The notes under the pieces were generated by a model, which saw nothing but the letters and a program-made list of their open reading frames with translations, made no database searches and was not told where the DNA came from. This document shows positions 1 to 9,315 of a stretch of DNA of 64,000 nt, piece after piece. Position 1 is the stretch's first letter, and each line of letters begins with the position of its first letter. A program made the translations under genes and the position numbers. This DNA is from Thermoplasmatota archaeon (GTDB lineage Archaea; Thermoplasmatota; Penumbrarchaeia; Penumbrarchaeales; Penumbrarchaeaceae): NCBI GenBank assembly GCA_029762535.1, contig JARVGK010000008.1, positions 1 to 64,000 on the forward strand, written 5' to 3'.

Positions 1-152
1 AATCCAGATGAGAGTGATCCAATCGTATGGGCGATCCCCCCATCCAATGGATATGGCATACCTTCGGCATTCTCCCTTTCCGGATCCATATTCACATTGA
101 CCATAAGTAACATAATGATGATAGGGAGGATCAGCGATCTGTAATTCATCAT
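1..152 (-). CDS. 5' part of a putative secreted protein (runs off the window edge)
   Basis: Manual translation MMNYRSLILPIIIMLLMVNVNMDPERENAEGMPYPLDGG... has a signal-peptide-like N-terminus and is open to base 1; an AT-rich promoter-like stretch lies at ~175-190. Confidence 0.55.
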   Translation of the reverse strand, partial: MMNYRSLILPIIIMLLMVNVNMDPERENAEGMPYPLDGGIAHTIGSLSSG

Positions 153-321
153 TGAGTACTCAATCGAAAGACCGAGATATAAAGGTTTCACACTCATGTG
201 ATATGTTACGACAATTTAATAATAAAAAAACCGAAAGGATCATGATACAGTAAGGCTAAGCGGTTTTGGCATCGATGAGGTGAATCCATTTTCATTTGAA
301 CCTCTGCAAGATCAGTGAAAA

Positions 322-369
322 TACTCCCTGACCGATCAGGGGCGGATGATGCTTCAGATCTTCGGGTGA
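322..369 (+). repeat. Orphan copy of a gene 3' end (YSLTDQGRMMLQIFG*), direct repeat of 7803-7850
   Basis: 40/48 nt identical to 7803-7850, same reading frame ending at the stop codon. Confidence 0.85.
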
Positions 370-400
370 GGAGGGGATCGATCATCCGTTCGCACCATCA

Positions 401-478
401 CATGTAGGGAGAATTATCCTCATCATAGCGACCCTGATCATCGCATTCTTGTGGAAGAGGGCCAGGAAACGGAAATGA
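401..478 (+). pseudogene. Orphan C-terminal membrane anchor remnant (HVGRIILIIATLIIAFLWKRARKRK*)
   Basis: Hydrophobic helix plus basic tail typical of surface-protein C-termini; no in-frame start after the upstream stop at 347. Confidence 0.5.
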
Positions 479-533
479 TCCGGATCCGGGCTTGATCCAT
501 TCTTTGATCGGACCATAAGGCAAATATGGCCCT

Positions 534-1001
534 TCAAGGCATATCAAGGGCAGAGGCTTGGATGAGCAGTGTTGATCCCAGCAGTCTCTTTATGAGGTCC
601 TCATAAGATTCTTCTGGCTTCTTCTGACGGGAGAGAGCCGATATGGACCCCTCATCCAAATGAAGAATTATGCTGAGAGGCTCGTTGAGGGGGATCCCCT
701 CATCGGCTCTGATCTCCTTTTCAATGTGGCCTATGGTCAACAGGCTCTCTAAATATCCGAGATTGCGCGATCTGACATCGTTCGGATTGAGGAGGTAATG
801 ATCGCATTTCCCGACCCTTCTACCTTTTACCAGGATTCCCTCAGACAGTAACGCCTCCAGTATTAGGTAGACATTCCTGCGGGAGATCCCGGTCATCTCC
901 ATGATCTGGGGTGCCGATAGGTGGTCCTCCGGGTTCTCAGAGAATACCTCCAGTATCCTTACCCTTGCGGATCCTCCGAAGGTCCTCGTGAACGATCCCA
1001 T
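534..1001 (-). CDS. Winged-helix transcriptional regulator with C-terminal RHH/antitoxin-like segment
   Basis: ARVRILEVF...LSAPQIMEMTGISRRNVYLILEALLSEGIL wHTH; C-terminal KPEESYEDLIKRLL. Confidence 0.7.
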   Translation of the reverse strand: MGSFTRTFGGSARVRILEVFSENPEDHLSAPQIMEMTGISRRNVYLILEALLSEGILVKGRRVGKCDHYLLNPNDVRSRNLGYLESLLTIGHIEKEIRADEGIPLNEPLSIILHLDEGSISALSRQKKPEESYEDLIKRLLGSTLLIQASALDMP

Positions 1002-1202
1002 GGTATCATATGATGCATACCTTTCTAAGTATAAAAAATTATACTTTCAAACCTTTAACACTTTCGGCACTCCCCCCTCATGGGAGATTGAATCTACATT
1101 ATCCAGATATGATTATGATGATTAATTCATAAAAACCCTCAGCATTCTTTAATGTCAATATCCCACGGAACGCTTAATTAATGACCGTCACATTGTCCAT
1201 CG

Positions 1203-2519
1203 ATGGGGCATACCACCTCGAGATCCTATCTCCGGCTCCAGGAGAGACTGGATCGCAATCCCCAGGGAGCACCTCCTTCTGAGGCCCTATTCCAGATCCT
1301 CCAGGTATTGTTCACCGAGAGGGAGGCCGAACTGGTCTCGAAACTGCCCTTGAGGCCATTCACCACAGAGGATGCCGCAAGGATCTGGAAATGCTCCAAG
1401 GAGGAGGCGTTCCCTATCCTCGACGAGCTTGCCGACAAGGGGATCCTCTTCGATTCCGAGCACAGGGACACAAGGGTGTACTACCTCGCTCCCACCATGG
1501 CAGGTTTCTTCGAGTTCTCTCTGATGAGGACCGACGGGAGGTTCGACAGGAAGGTCCTCTCGGAGCTTTACTATCAGTACATCAACGTGGAGGATAGGTT
1601 CGCAAAGAACATACTCGGGATCACCCCACCCATCGACAGGGTCTTCGTCCACGAGGACATGATCCCCGACGATCCCGAACTAGTCATTCTCGACTACGAG
1701 AGGGCCTCCAAGGTCATAGAGACGGCTACCTGCATCACCGTCGGGACCTGCTACTGCAGGCACAAGATGGAGCATCTGGGAAAGGCCTGCGACAATCCCC
1801 AGGAGGTCTGCCTCACCTTCAATGGGGCCGCGAAGACCCTATCCAAGCACGGCATAGCAAGGGAGATCTCCAAGGAGGAGGCGTTCGAGATCCTCCATAT
1901 GGTAATGGAACTGGGCCTTGTCCAGATCGGGGACAACGTCCAGGAAGGAGTGAACTGGATCTGCAACTGCTGCTCCTGCTGCTGCGAGGCGATCAACGCC
2001 TACACCCGTTTCGGGCATGCCCCCAAGATCAACTCCAACTTCCTGGCGAAGGTGGAGAAAGGATGCAACGCATGCGGGATCTGCGCGAAGAGATGCCCGG
2101 TGAACGCGATCACCATCGAGGGATCGAAGCCAAAGGGCAAGGCCGTGGTCGATCCTGACATATGCATCGGATGCGGGGTATGCGCCAGGTTCTGCCCGAC
2201 AGGAGCATCGGTCATGGAGAGGAGGGAGAGCACCATGTTCGTCCCAAAGGACTCCTTCGAGAGGATCGTCCTCTCGGCGATAGGCACAGGCAAGCTGCAG
2301 AACTTCCTCTTCGACAACAGGGACCTCTGGACCCACAGGACCCTGAATCGTTTCGTCGGGTTCTTCCTGAAGCTCGAACCGACCAAGAGGATCCTGGTAC
2401 AGGAACAGATCCGATCCTCGTTCCTCAACGCCGCCGCGGGGATCCAGTACAGGCGCGATCCCGCCCTCTTCGGGGGGAAGAGGCCGGATTACTCCCATCC
2501 TGAGATGAAAAGCTTATGA
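1203..2519 (+). CDS. 4Fe-4S dicluster protein (N-terminal wHTH-like, CxC/CNCCxCCC, 2x[4Fe-4S])
   Basis: CYCRH, ICNCCSCCC, CNACGICAKRCP, CIGCGVCARFCP motifs. Confidence 0.85.
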   Translation: MGHTTSRSYLRLQERLDRNPQGAPPSEALFQILQVLFTEREAELVSKLPLRPFTTEDAARIWKCSKEEAFPILDELADKGILFDSEHRDTRVYYLAPTMAGFFEFSLMRTDGRFDRKVLSELYYQYINVEDRFAKNILGITPPIDRVFVHEDMIPDDPELVILDYERASKVIETATCITVGTCYCRHKMEHLGKACDNPQEVCLTFNGAAKTLSKHGIAREISKEEAFEILHMVMELGLVQIGDNVQEGVNWICNCCSCCCEAINAYTRFGHAPKINSNFLAKVEKGCNACGICAKRCPVNAITIEGSKPKGKAVVDPDICIGCGVCARFCPTGASVMERRESTMFVPKDSFERIVLSAIGTGKLQNFLFDNRDLWTHRTLNRFVGFFLKLEPTKRILVQEQIRSSFLNAAAGIQYRRDPALFGGKRPDYSHPEMKSL

Positions 2520-3170
2520 CCCCTTTCGGACCCGATAGACCGACTGGATCACCCCTCCGGGGTGGGTCATCGTCCTTTCCAGATCAAGCTTTATAATATC
2601 CGGGATCCCCAGGCTGCGGAAAAGGGTCGGACCCTCCCCGCCCACGATGACCGGGACCGTCAACAGGCTGATCATATCGACCAGTCCCTTCTCCAGCAAG
2701 ATGGAATTGAGTATATCCCCGCTGTCGGTCCTCACCCTTTTTATTCCGTATTTTTCGTGTAAGATCCCCAATGCCTCCTCGAGATCGACCTTGTCCACCC
2801 CGGAGATGACATATTCGTATTCCCTCTCCCTCAACCATTCCAGATATTCCTTCGTAGTGGATCGGGAAACGAGGACGATGATCTCCCTTATGTAGGGCTG
2901 CTGTCTGAAGACATGTTGGGACCTCACCCTTCCTCCGGAATCCACGAGGACCAGATAGGGAGCCTCCGGGCTTCCTGTCTTCTTCACCTTGTCCTTCTCC
3001 TCCTCCGGAGGGATCTCCGGGATCGCTGAAAGGACGGTATTGGATCCCACGAGGGCCGCATCGTAACCGAGTTCCGCTGCTGTCCCGTAATAGAGGTCCA
3101 TATCGACATCGAACCCCGTCAATCTGTTATCGAGGCTTATCATGCTGTGGATGATGACTTGAGGTCTCAT
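2514..3170 (-). CDS. RibD C-terminal / dihydrofolate reductase family protein
   Basis: MRPQVIIHSMISLDNR, ALVGSNT, VDSGGR, GLVDMISLL.VPVIVG motifs. Confidence 0.85.
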   Translation of the reverse strand: MRPQVIIHSMISLDNRLTGFDVDMDLYYGTAAELGYDAALVGSNTVLSAIPEIPPEEEKDKVKKTGSPEAPYLVLVDSGGRVRSQHVFRQQPYIREIIVLVSRSTTKEYLEWLREREYEYVISGVDKVDLEEALGILHEKYGIKRVRTDSGDILNSILLEKGLVDMISLLTVPVIVGGEGPTLFRSLGIPDIIKLDLERTMTHPGGVIQSVYRVRKGS

Positions 3171-3290
3171 TTGGATCCCCCAGGGAGGGATACGATCCCG
3201 GGATAAAGTATTGATGGGGAGGGATGACCGGATCCATTTTATTAAGCTGTTCCTTCATTCATCGAAAAGCGTGTCGATCCGAAGGTTAAC

Positions 3291-3332
3291 TATAAATATT
3301 TACATCACTTTGTCAACTTTAAAAGGTTGACA
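3291..3332 (+). promoter_or_regulatory. TATA box (TATAAATA 3291-3298) and palindromic operator TGTCAAC-N8-GTTGACA (3311-3332)
   Basis: Perfect 7-bp inverted repeat between the TATA box and the ATG at 3336 of an HTH gene. Confidence 0.65.
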
Positions 3333-3335
3333 TGT

Positions 3336-3782
3336 ATGGGGCGGAGATCGGAGTCGCAGTTCCATTACTGGGACCTGAGGCGGAGAGGGTCCTCCCAATC
3401 CGAAATATCGAAGGTTTATTCCGTATCCAGGCAGGCTGTCTCTAAATCCATACAGGCCCAGGAGAACAATGTGGAATACAGGCTTCTGGAGTTCGCCGAA
3501 TCCAGCGGGATCCTGGTGGAATGGTATGATCGATCCCGAGGGATACTCATAGGGATCATCCCTCCTCTTGACGATATGCTTTGTATCATCATGATCGACA
3601 GGAAGAACCGGATTCGCGTCCATTACGATCCGGAATCGATCAAAGGGAGATCGAAGCGAGAGAAGGCCTGGGACAGATTAAGATCCGATCTAAGGTCCTT
3701 TCTCGGCAGTGATCTGGACTTAAAAAGGGATACAAGATCGATAGTGGATATGATCATATCTCTGGGAGGGATCCGTAAATGA
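3336..3782 (+). CDS. HTH transcriptional regulator (sigma70 region 4-like HTH)
   Basis: SQSEISKVYSVSRQAVSKSIQ HTH; ATGA overlap with the next gene. Confidence 0.75.
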   Translation: MGRRSESQFHYWDLRRRGSSQSEISKVYSVSRQAVSKSIQAQENNVEYRLLEFAESSGILVEWYDRSRGILIGIIPPLDDMLCIIMIDRKNRIRVHYDPESIKGRSKREKAWDRLRSDLRSFLGSDLDLKRDTRSIVDMIISLGGIRK

Positions 3783-5236
3783 AGCTGAGTTTTTCGAACA
3801 AATTATTGATCTTGATATTATTGATGACGATCATTTCGAACACTGGATCTTCCTATCAATCGCCAGATCTTTTTTCCAAATGGGGAGAGGAGGATTCCTT
3901 TAATTCGAATTATCATATCGATAGAGATCTTGTAGAGGCAAATATTTCCAATGCCATTCATGCAAGCGAGGGAACCTACAACGGTTCCGTGAAGTATGGC
4001 GATATTGATATCTCCATCGATATCTATCGGTTGGACATCCCCGAGAAAAGATTCCTGCAAGACCAATTCATACTTTTGATTTTGAACAGGACGTCAAATG
4101 ATGATGATATCATAAACATGTTGGTATTATTCCCAGATTATTCCAGTTCTGATGATATCGATCATCTCTCGATAATAGATGAGGGACAGATCGAAATCAA
4201 TACAGCTGATAAAAAAACTGATCATATGAATATTGTCATATATGGAAATGGCAATTATACGATCGACATCATTTTTTTCGCCAACAACGATGATATCAGA
4301 ACGATCTATGGTCTGATGTTCATGATCGCTTTACTTATACTGTCATTATCAGTGCTACTTACTGCATCCACATGGATCATATTCTTATTAATCGAATATA
4401 TCAAGAGGACGAATAAGAATAAGGATACCTCCTATGGAAGAAGGATCCACGATGATGAGATCGAGAATTATTTAATCAAAAACAGGAAGAAGAAGAAGAT
4501 TATGATTGTATTAAAGCTTGTATTATTGACATTTCTGTATGCATTCTATTTTTTATATATGATTTTTTATTCTCTCTCAACAACTGATCTAGTGGGATAT
4601 TACAAATTATTTCAACCTTTTATATTTATTATTTTGGCAATTATCTCATTTCCGGCATTTATGTTCTTTTTATATATGATATATGAAGAAAAGAGGGCTT
4701 ATGATATTATGTCCCGCAAGCCCTTTGTACATAAAAAACCTTCTTCATATGTCAATGATTTCAAGGAAAGGATATTTCTCTTGGGCGATCTGCCATGGTA
4801 TATCGCCCCATATACCTCTGTTATTTTCCTTGCAGCTCTCACAACAATTATTATGATGAAAATATCGACAGTTTGCATTATTATTAACTTATTATATTAT
4901 GTAATTATAATTTTTATAATGATTTTACTATGTCATCGATTGAATCCGATTATTATTTGCAATAGGGATTCCTTTACCTATTCTACAGGGCCTAAATGGA
5001 TCCCATATAGTATGAAAATTCATAAAAGAAGTGATATATTCACTATAAGACCTATGACTAAATCAGGTAACCTATTCGTAAATCCGGGAATGATAAAGGT
5101 TAACGGAAAATGGCAATTGGTCCGAACATGTGTGGCAATAGTTCTAAATGATGGGACTGTAAATACCTATCTAACATCACGTCCAATGGATGTGATCGCA
5201 CTTTTAGGAGAGGACAGGGGGGATATCAATGAATGA
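3779..5236 (+). CDS. Membrane protein paralog 1 (signal peptide, PPC-like ectodomain, ~5 TM, C-terminal PH-like domain)
   Basis: 485-aa ORF, AT-rich; ends YLTSRPMDVIALL, a motif shared with the two downstream paralogs. Confidence 0.8.
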   Translation: MKLSFSNKLLILILLMTIISNTGSSYQSPDLFSKWGEEDSFNSNYHIDRDLVEANISNAIHASEGTYNGSVKYGDIDISIDIYRLDIPEKRFLQDQFILLILNRTSNDDDIINMLVLFPDYSSSDDIDHLSIIDEGQIEINTADKKTDHMNIVIYGNGNYTIDIIFFANNDDIRTIYGLMFMIALLILSLSVLLTASTWIIFLLIEYIKRTNKNKDTSYGRRIHDDEIENYLIKNRKKKKIMIVLKLVLLTFLYAFYFLYMIFYSLSTTDLVGYYKLFQPFIFIILAIISFPAFMFFLYMIYEEKRAYDIMSRKPFVHKKPSSYVNDFKERIFLLGDLPWYIAPYTSVIFLAALTTIIMMKISTVCIIINLLYYVIIIFIMILLCHRLNPIIICNRDSFTYSTGPKWIPYSMKIHKRSDIFTIRPMTKSGNLFVNPGMIKVNGKWQLVRTCVAIVLNDGTVNTYLTSRPMDVIALLGEDRGDINE

Positions 5237-6644
5237 CTTGAGAAAGTTATTGTTATTATGCATGATCATATGCCTAATTATCCCTTTCGAAGCTGATGGA
5301 TCCCGCGCTGATGATATGCGGTGGGAATTGGATATATCCATTGTAGAGATGAATTTGAAGAACGCCACAGACCTTTCCTACGGTCGAAGGGTGAACGGGT
5401 CAGTAGTGATGAACGAAAGTGATACTACATTAAGAATATTCAAGGTCCATATTCCGCATAAAGGACTTGATCGTTATACGGAATTGTACATCAATCTCGA
5501 GATGATCTCAATTTCAGGAGAGATATACCTTGTAAATTACTATCCCGATCTTACAAAAGCGGACAATAACCTATATTCTCATCTGAAAGATAATGATCAA
5601 AAATCTTTTTGGATAGATTATGAAGATGTCCGAACTGATCATCTATACCTTGTGATCTATGGAAATGGTGATTTTGAACTCTCCGTGCACCAGGTGACAA
5701 GACCTTCATTCTCAGGTACTTTCCTACTCATAAGCATCTTTATCGGATCCTTTATCTTCCTGTTATTGATGATGATCCTATTGATTTATTATAATTACTA
5801 CAAGCCCAAGATATTGAAGAAGGAGGCGGGTCATATTGAAAAACACCTTGATGAGGGAAAGGAACGATCCGGGATATCAGATTATTCTTCGAAACAAAAG
5901 GCCAAAAATTTGTTCGATAAGATCATAAAATATTTTTACAATATATTTTCTTTTTTCAGTATTCCAATTATCATTCTTTTTTTCTTTATTACAAATGAGA
6001 TGACAATAACTAAACCATGGGAGACCATACTATTAGGATCATTCATTATGATCGGTATATCATATTTTGGCGTATTTATCTTCCTTCTTTCTTTTTGGTA
6101 TGACAGGAAATATGAATTGGAAGAATATTTGAAAAATAAAAAGACCTTAAAGACGCCCATCCCAAATTTTCAAATGTTCAAAGAAAAGATAATTCTAACA
6201 GGAAGATTGAGATTATCCATACCGATCATCTTAATTAATATCTATGCAATTTACCACATTATCCATTTTTATATAATAGAACCATATTCCATTGATAGCA
6301 TATTTGAGGTTTTTATTTTTTATATTCTCTTTGGATTTATGGTAATCATTTTTTGTCTACTTGTATTACTTTTCCACACTTCAATATACAAGGTCGAATG
6401 TAAAAAGGGAGTTCTGATATGTTCCAATGGAATATTTTCAAGGACCATTTACCGTTCGAAGGATATAGTTCGGATCCATCCAGTTACCACCTCGATATGG
6501 TTCGACCTCTTCCCTGGAAGATGCAAGGTCGATGGAACATGGGTCCGGGTCAAGACAGCTGTGGTGTTTGTGATGAAGAATGGCAAGATAGAGACCGTTC
6601 TAACATCTAGACCAATGAATGTTATAGCTCTCATGGAGAGGTGA
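5229..6644 (+). CDS. Membrane protein paralog 2 (same architecture)
   Basis: 471-aa ORF; NGSV, TDH.Y.VIYGNG, FKEKI.L.G and VLTSRPMNVIALM match paralog 1. Confidence 0.8.
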   Translation: MNDLRKLLLLCMIICLIIPFEADGSRADDMRWELDISIVEMNLKNATDLSYGRRVNGSVVMNESDTTLRIFKVHIPHKGLDRYTELYINLEMISISGEIYLVNYYPDLTKADNNLYSHLKDNDQKSFWIDYEDVRTDHLYLVIYGNGDFELSVHQVTRPSFSGTFLLISIFIGSFIFLLLMMILLIYYNYYKPKILKKEAGHIEKHLDEGKERSGISDYSSKQKAKNLFDKIIKYFYNIFSFFSIPIIILFFFITNEMTITKPWETILLGSFIMIGISYFGVFIFLLSFWYDRKYELEEYLKNKKTLKTPIPNFQMFKEKIILTGRLRLSIPIILINIYAIYHIIHFYIIEPYSIDSIFEVFIFYILFGFMVIIFCLLVLLFHTSIYKVECKKGVLICSNGIFSRTIYRSKDIVRIHPVTTSIWFDLFPGRCKVDGTWVRVKTAVVFVMKNGKIETVLTSRPMNVIALMER

Positions 6645-6648
6645 ATAT

Positions 6649-7434
6649 ATGGAAGAACATGTTATAAGTGTGAGATCAAAGAGAAAGACTATCAATTTTC
6701 TCTATCTTGGTTTGTTGTCGCTGTTCTTCATATTAACGATCATAATGGCCATTTCACTAATTAGTTTGATAATAATCGATCGGCTTTCTTTAGATAAGTT
6801 GACCGAAGGTATTGTATTGGGGATCCTCGGAATTATACTTTTGATATGTTTAGTAACGATATTATTCATGTTAATAATAGCAATTATATTGATTCTAAAA
6901 ATACCCAACATGCCCGAAGGGATTTTTAACAAAAAGAAGATAATAACCAAGGGAAAATTTAAGCCATTCGAAGAACGGTTTTATTCTCTCTCATCATTAC
7001 TTTATTTTCCCGGTGGGATCTTTATATCACTCATATTTATATCATTTATTATTCAATTATCTGATGTTATATTGTCGGATTATATTAACATATGTTTCAT
7101 CATCCCCGTCATTTACATGGTCGTTCATATATATTTACATTTATACTTGTTCAGTGTTCAAGTGAAATGTAATAGAGAGGAATTATTCTTTGTGGATAGG
7201 CCCCGGTTTATTTATAAGATTTTATATAAAAAACATACTTTTAAACCTGGGGAAATTCGATCGATACGGCCGATCACAGCCTCTATATTCAATGGGTTAT
7301 TCCCAGGATTCAATTTCGAAAATGGAAGGATAAATTTGATCAGGACAGGTGTCAGAATAGTCGACAATGAGAATAATCAATACAATATCATAACATCACG
7401 TCCAATGGATGTGATTAGACTTCTGGGAAAATGA
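6649..7434 (+). CDS. Membrane protein paralog 3 (lacks the ectodomain; 4 TM plus C-terminal domain)
   Basis: 261-aa ORF; CNR, IRPIT.S...FPG, IITSRPMDVIRLL. Confidence 0.8.
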   Translation: MEEHVISVRSKRKTINFLYLGLLSLFFILTIIMAISLISLIIIDRLSLDKLTEGIVLGILGIILLICLVTILFMLIIAIILILKIPNMPEGIFNKKKIITKGKFKPFEERFYSLSSLLYFPGGIFISLIFISFIIQLSDVILSDYINICFIIPVIYMVVHIYLHLYLFSVQVKCNREELFFVDRPRFIYKILYKKHTFKPGEIRSIRPITASIFNGLFPGFNFENGRINLIRTGVRIVDNENNQYNIITSRPMDVIRLLGK

Positions 7435-7850
7435 ACTACCGTCTATTGAGATCCTCCCTCATCCTCTCCGGATCCCCCGCCGGAACGGAGCAACTTCCCC
7501 CGCTGCACAGGTATGCCGGGGTGATCCCTTCCAGGGAAACCTTCTCCTCGATATCCTTGATGACCCCTCCGGACCAGGAAACGATCAGGAACCTGAGGAT
7601 CTGGATCGAGTCGACGGGAAAGGCTGGGACACGGTACACCCGGGAGGTCATGTCATCCCTGGAGACCTCCGGCCTCCTGGATGGCTTATACATGGACGAC
7701 CCCAGGACGAGGATCTCCCAGGGTGCTTTGATGAGGTTCCGAAGGAACTTACTTGAGAAATGGGAGGATCAGGGCCTAGTCGAGAGGGGGTCAAAGGGGA
7801 GGTATTCCCTGACCGATCAGGGATATATGATGCTTCAGATCTTCGGTTAG
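7431..7850 (+). pseudogene. C-terminal half of a wHTH protein (HFX_2341/DUF6293-like), 5' part replaced by antisense yyaL sequence
   Basis: RFRRNLLEKWEDQGLVERGSKGRYSLTDQG is a wHTH wing; the first ~33 codons lie on the yyaL remnant. Confidence 0.55.
7436..7531 (-). pseudogene. Orphan 3' end of a yyaL-like gene; direct repeat of 14447-14507
   Basis: 7471-7531 vs 14447-14507: 56/61 nt identical with a 39-nt perfect core; encodes [13 protein letters not shown] then a stop. Confidence 0.85.
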
Positions 7851-7891
7851 AATACTATAAGTTTATCTATAATACGATCCGATCGTGTTCC

Positions 7892-8638
7892 ATGGGATCG
7901 CCTGAGAGAAAAAGGGGGAAGGTGAACTCTTTCTTCGACAGGATCGCCCTAAGGAACTCCGCTCGGTTCGTCCGGATCGTCCGGTGGCTGAACAGGAAGT
8001 TCCCTGAGAGGAACATCAAAACGGCGGTGGGGATCGCCGTCTCTCTGATCCTCACTCCTCCCCTTTTTCTCCTGGTGACCTTGCTTTTACTGCCCTTTTT
8101 GATCTGGGACATCTTCGATCCCTTCGGGCTCGACGTACCATGGCTGGTATATCTGCTGTTCTTGTTCCTCTATGCATGCGTGGGTTATCTCGTGTACATG
8201 TTCGTGGAGGACGCCCTGCACATACTGGACGTGATCTATCATCCGATAAAGTATCTGAGGGGGAAACCGGCATCGGTCCTCACCAGGCCTTTGAGGAGGA
8301 TCCTCCGCAAAGGAGGGATCTATCTAGGCATCGTGCTCGTGGCGATCGAGTTGATCCTCGCGATAGCCATGGTCGTATTCGGTCCGACCGCGATCCTGGT
8401 CTTCCTGATGGTGATCATCGCTTTATTGTTCGTGACGATGATCCTTATCGGAAAGTTCGTGATGTGGCTGACCAAAGCCATCGTCAACTTCCTGGGCAAT
8501 ACCATACTCAGAAGCGTGGACAGCAGACTGAGGATCAAGGAGAGGCTCGAAAGATATGGATCCAGGGTCGATGACGAGATAAAGAGGAACCGCCTCGAGA
8601 AGAAGAGGAAGGAGTCCCACCATCCCCCTAAGCCATGA
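7892..8638 (+). CDS. Hypothetical membrane protein (~4 TM)
   Basis: Long ORF with hydrophobic helices; TATA-like sequence at ~7857-7872. Confidence 0.7.
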   Translation: MGSPERKRGKVNSFFDRIALRNSARFVRIVRWLNRKFPERNIKTAVGIAVSLILTPPLFLLVTLLLLPFLIWDIFDPFGLDVPWLVYLLFLFLYACVGYLVYMFVEDALHILDVIYHPIKYLRGKPASVLTRPLRRILRKGGIYLGIVLVAIELILAIAMVVFGPTAILVFLMVIIALLFVTMILIGKFVMWLTKAIVNFLGNTILRSVDSRLRIKERLERYGSRVDDEIKRNRLEKKRKESHHPPKP

Positions 8639-8972
8639 CCCTGTATCGAAGATGGACCACCCCTCCGGGGTGTATCCTCTGCTCCATCAGGTCCAATTTG
8701 AGAGGCTTTTCCAGTTTCAGGCTCTCGAAGAGCGTGGGGTGGGGATCCCCCACGAGAACGGGAAGGACTATGATGCTCATCTCGTCTACCAGCCCTTGAC
8801 GGATCGTTTCTGATATCAGGATGTCCCCGGTATCTGTCAACGCCGATCCAACAAAGGCTGCGTCGTATCCGTTCTCCACGGCAGTGCCTTAGTAGAGCCC
8901 GAGATCCGCCTCGAACCCCGTTATCCTCCCATCGAGCGAGGTCATTATATGGACCCATACCTCCGGTCGCAT
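8628..8972 (-). pseudogene. RibD-C/DHFR-family pseudogene (paralog of 2514-3170)
   Basis: MRPEVWVHIMTSLDGRITGFEADLGLY*GTAVENGYDAAFVGS aligns with the intact copy; in-frame TAA at a Tyr position and an internal deletion of ~100 codons. Confidence 0.85.
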
Positions 8973-9011
8973 GAGCGACCGGAGGCGATCTGGATCGAGA
9001 CATGGGATCAT

Positions 9012-9038
9012 GTATGTAAAGTATGAAAAGTATGATAT
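9012..9038 (+). promoter_or_regulatory. Three tandem 9-bp repeats GTATGWWAW upstream of the AbrB-family gene (putative operator)
   Basis: gtatgtaaa-gtatgaaaa-gtatgatat. Confidence 0.45.
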
Positions 9039-9072
9039 ATCATATCGACATGGAGAGGATCGAGGCGATCCC

Positions 9073-9315
9073 ATGGAAGATCATGTCATAGGCAGCGCGA
9101 AGGTCGGGGCAAGAGGACAGATAGTCCTCCCCGTGGAGATCCGGAAGAAATGCGGGTTCGATCCCGGGGACACGGTCATAATGATGTCAAGACCGGGTCC
9201 CGGAGGACAATCCGTAGTCCTGATGAAGGCATCCTCCATGGCCGATTTTCTCGATCACATGGAAGGGGCGACAAGCAGGATCCGAAACATAATCTCCAAG
9301 GGGAAGGAAGAATGA
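9073..9315 (+). CDS. AbrB/MazE/SpoVT family DNA-binding protein
   Basis: GSAKVGARGQIVLPVEIRKKCGFDPGD. Confidence 0.85.
   Translation: MEDHVIGSAKVGARGQIVLPVEIRKKCGFDPGDTVIMMSRPGPGGQSVVLMKASSMADFLDHMEGATSRIRNIISKGKEE

Noticed and set aside
322-7850. Repeats as attL/attR of an integrative element or as DGR TR/VR
   Set aside because: No integrase, tRNA target or reverse transcriptase; mismatches are not adenine-specific
8889-8891. In-frame stop in the ribD-like copy as possible recoding (Sec/Pyl)
   Set aside because: It is TAA at a Tyr position and comes with a ~100-codon deletion, so this is ordinary pseudogenisation
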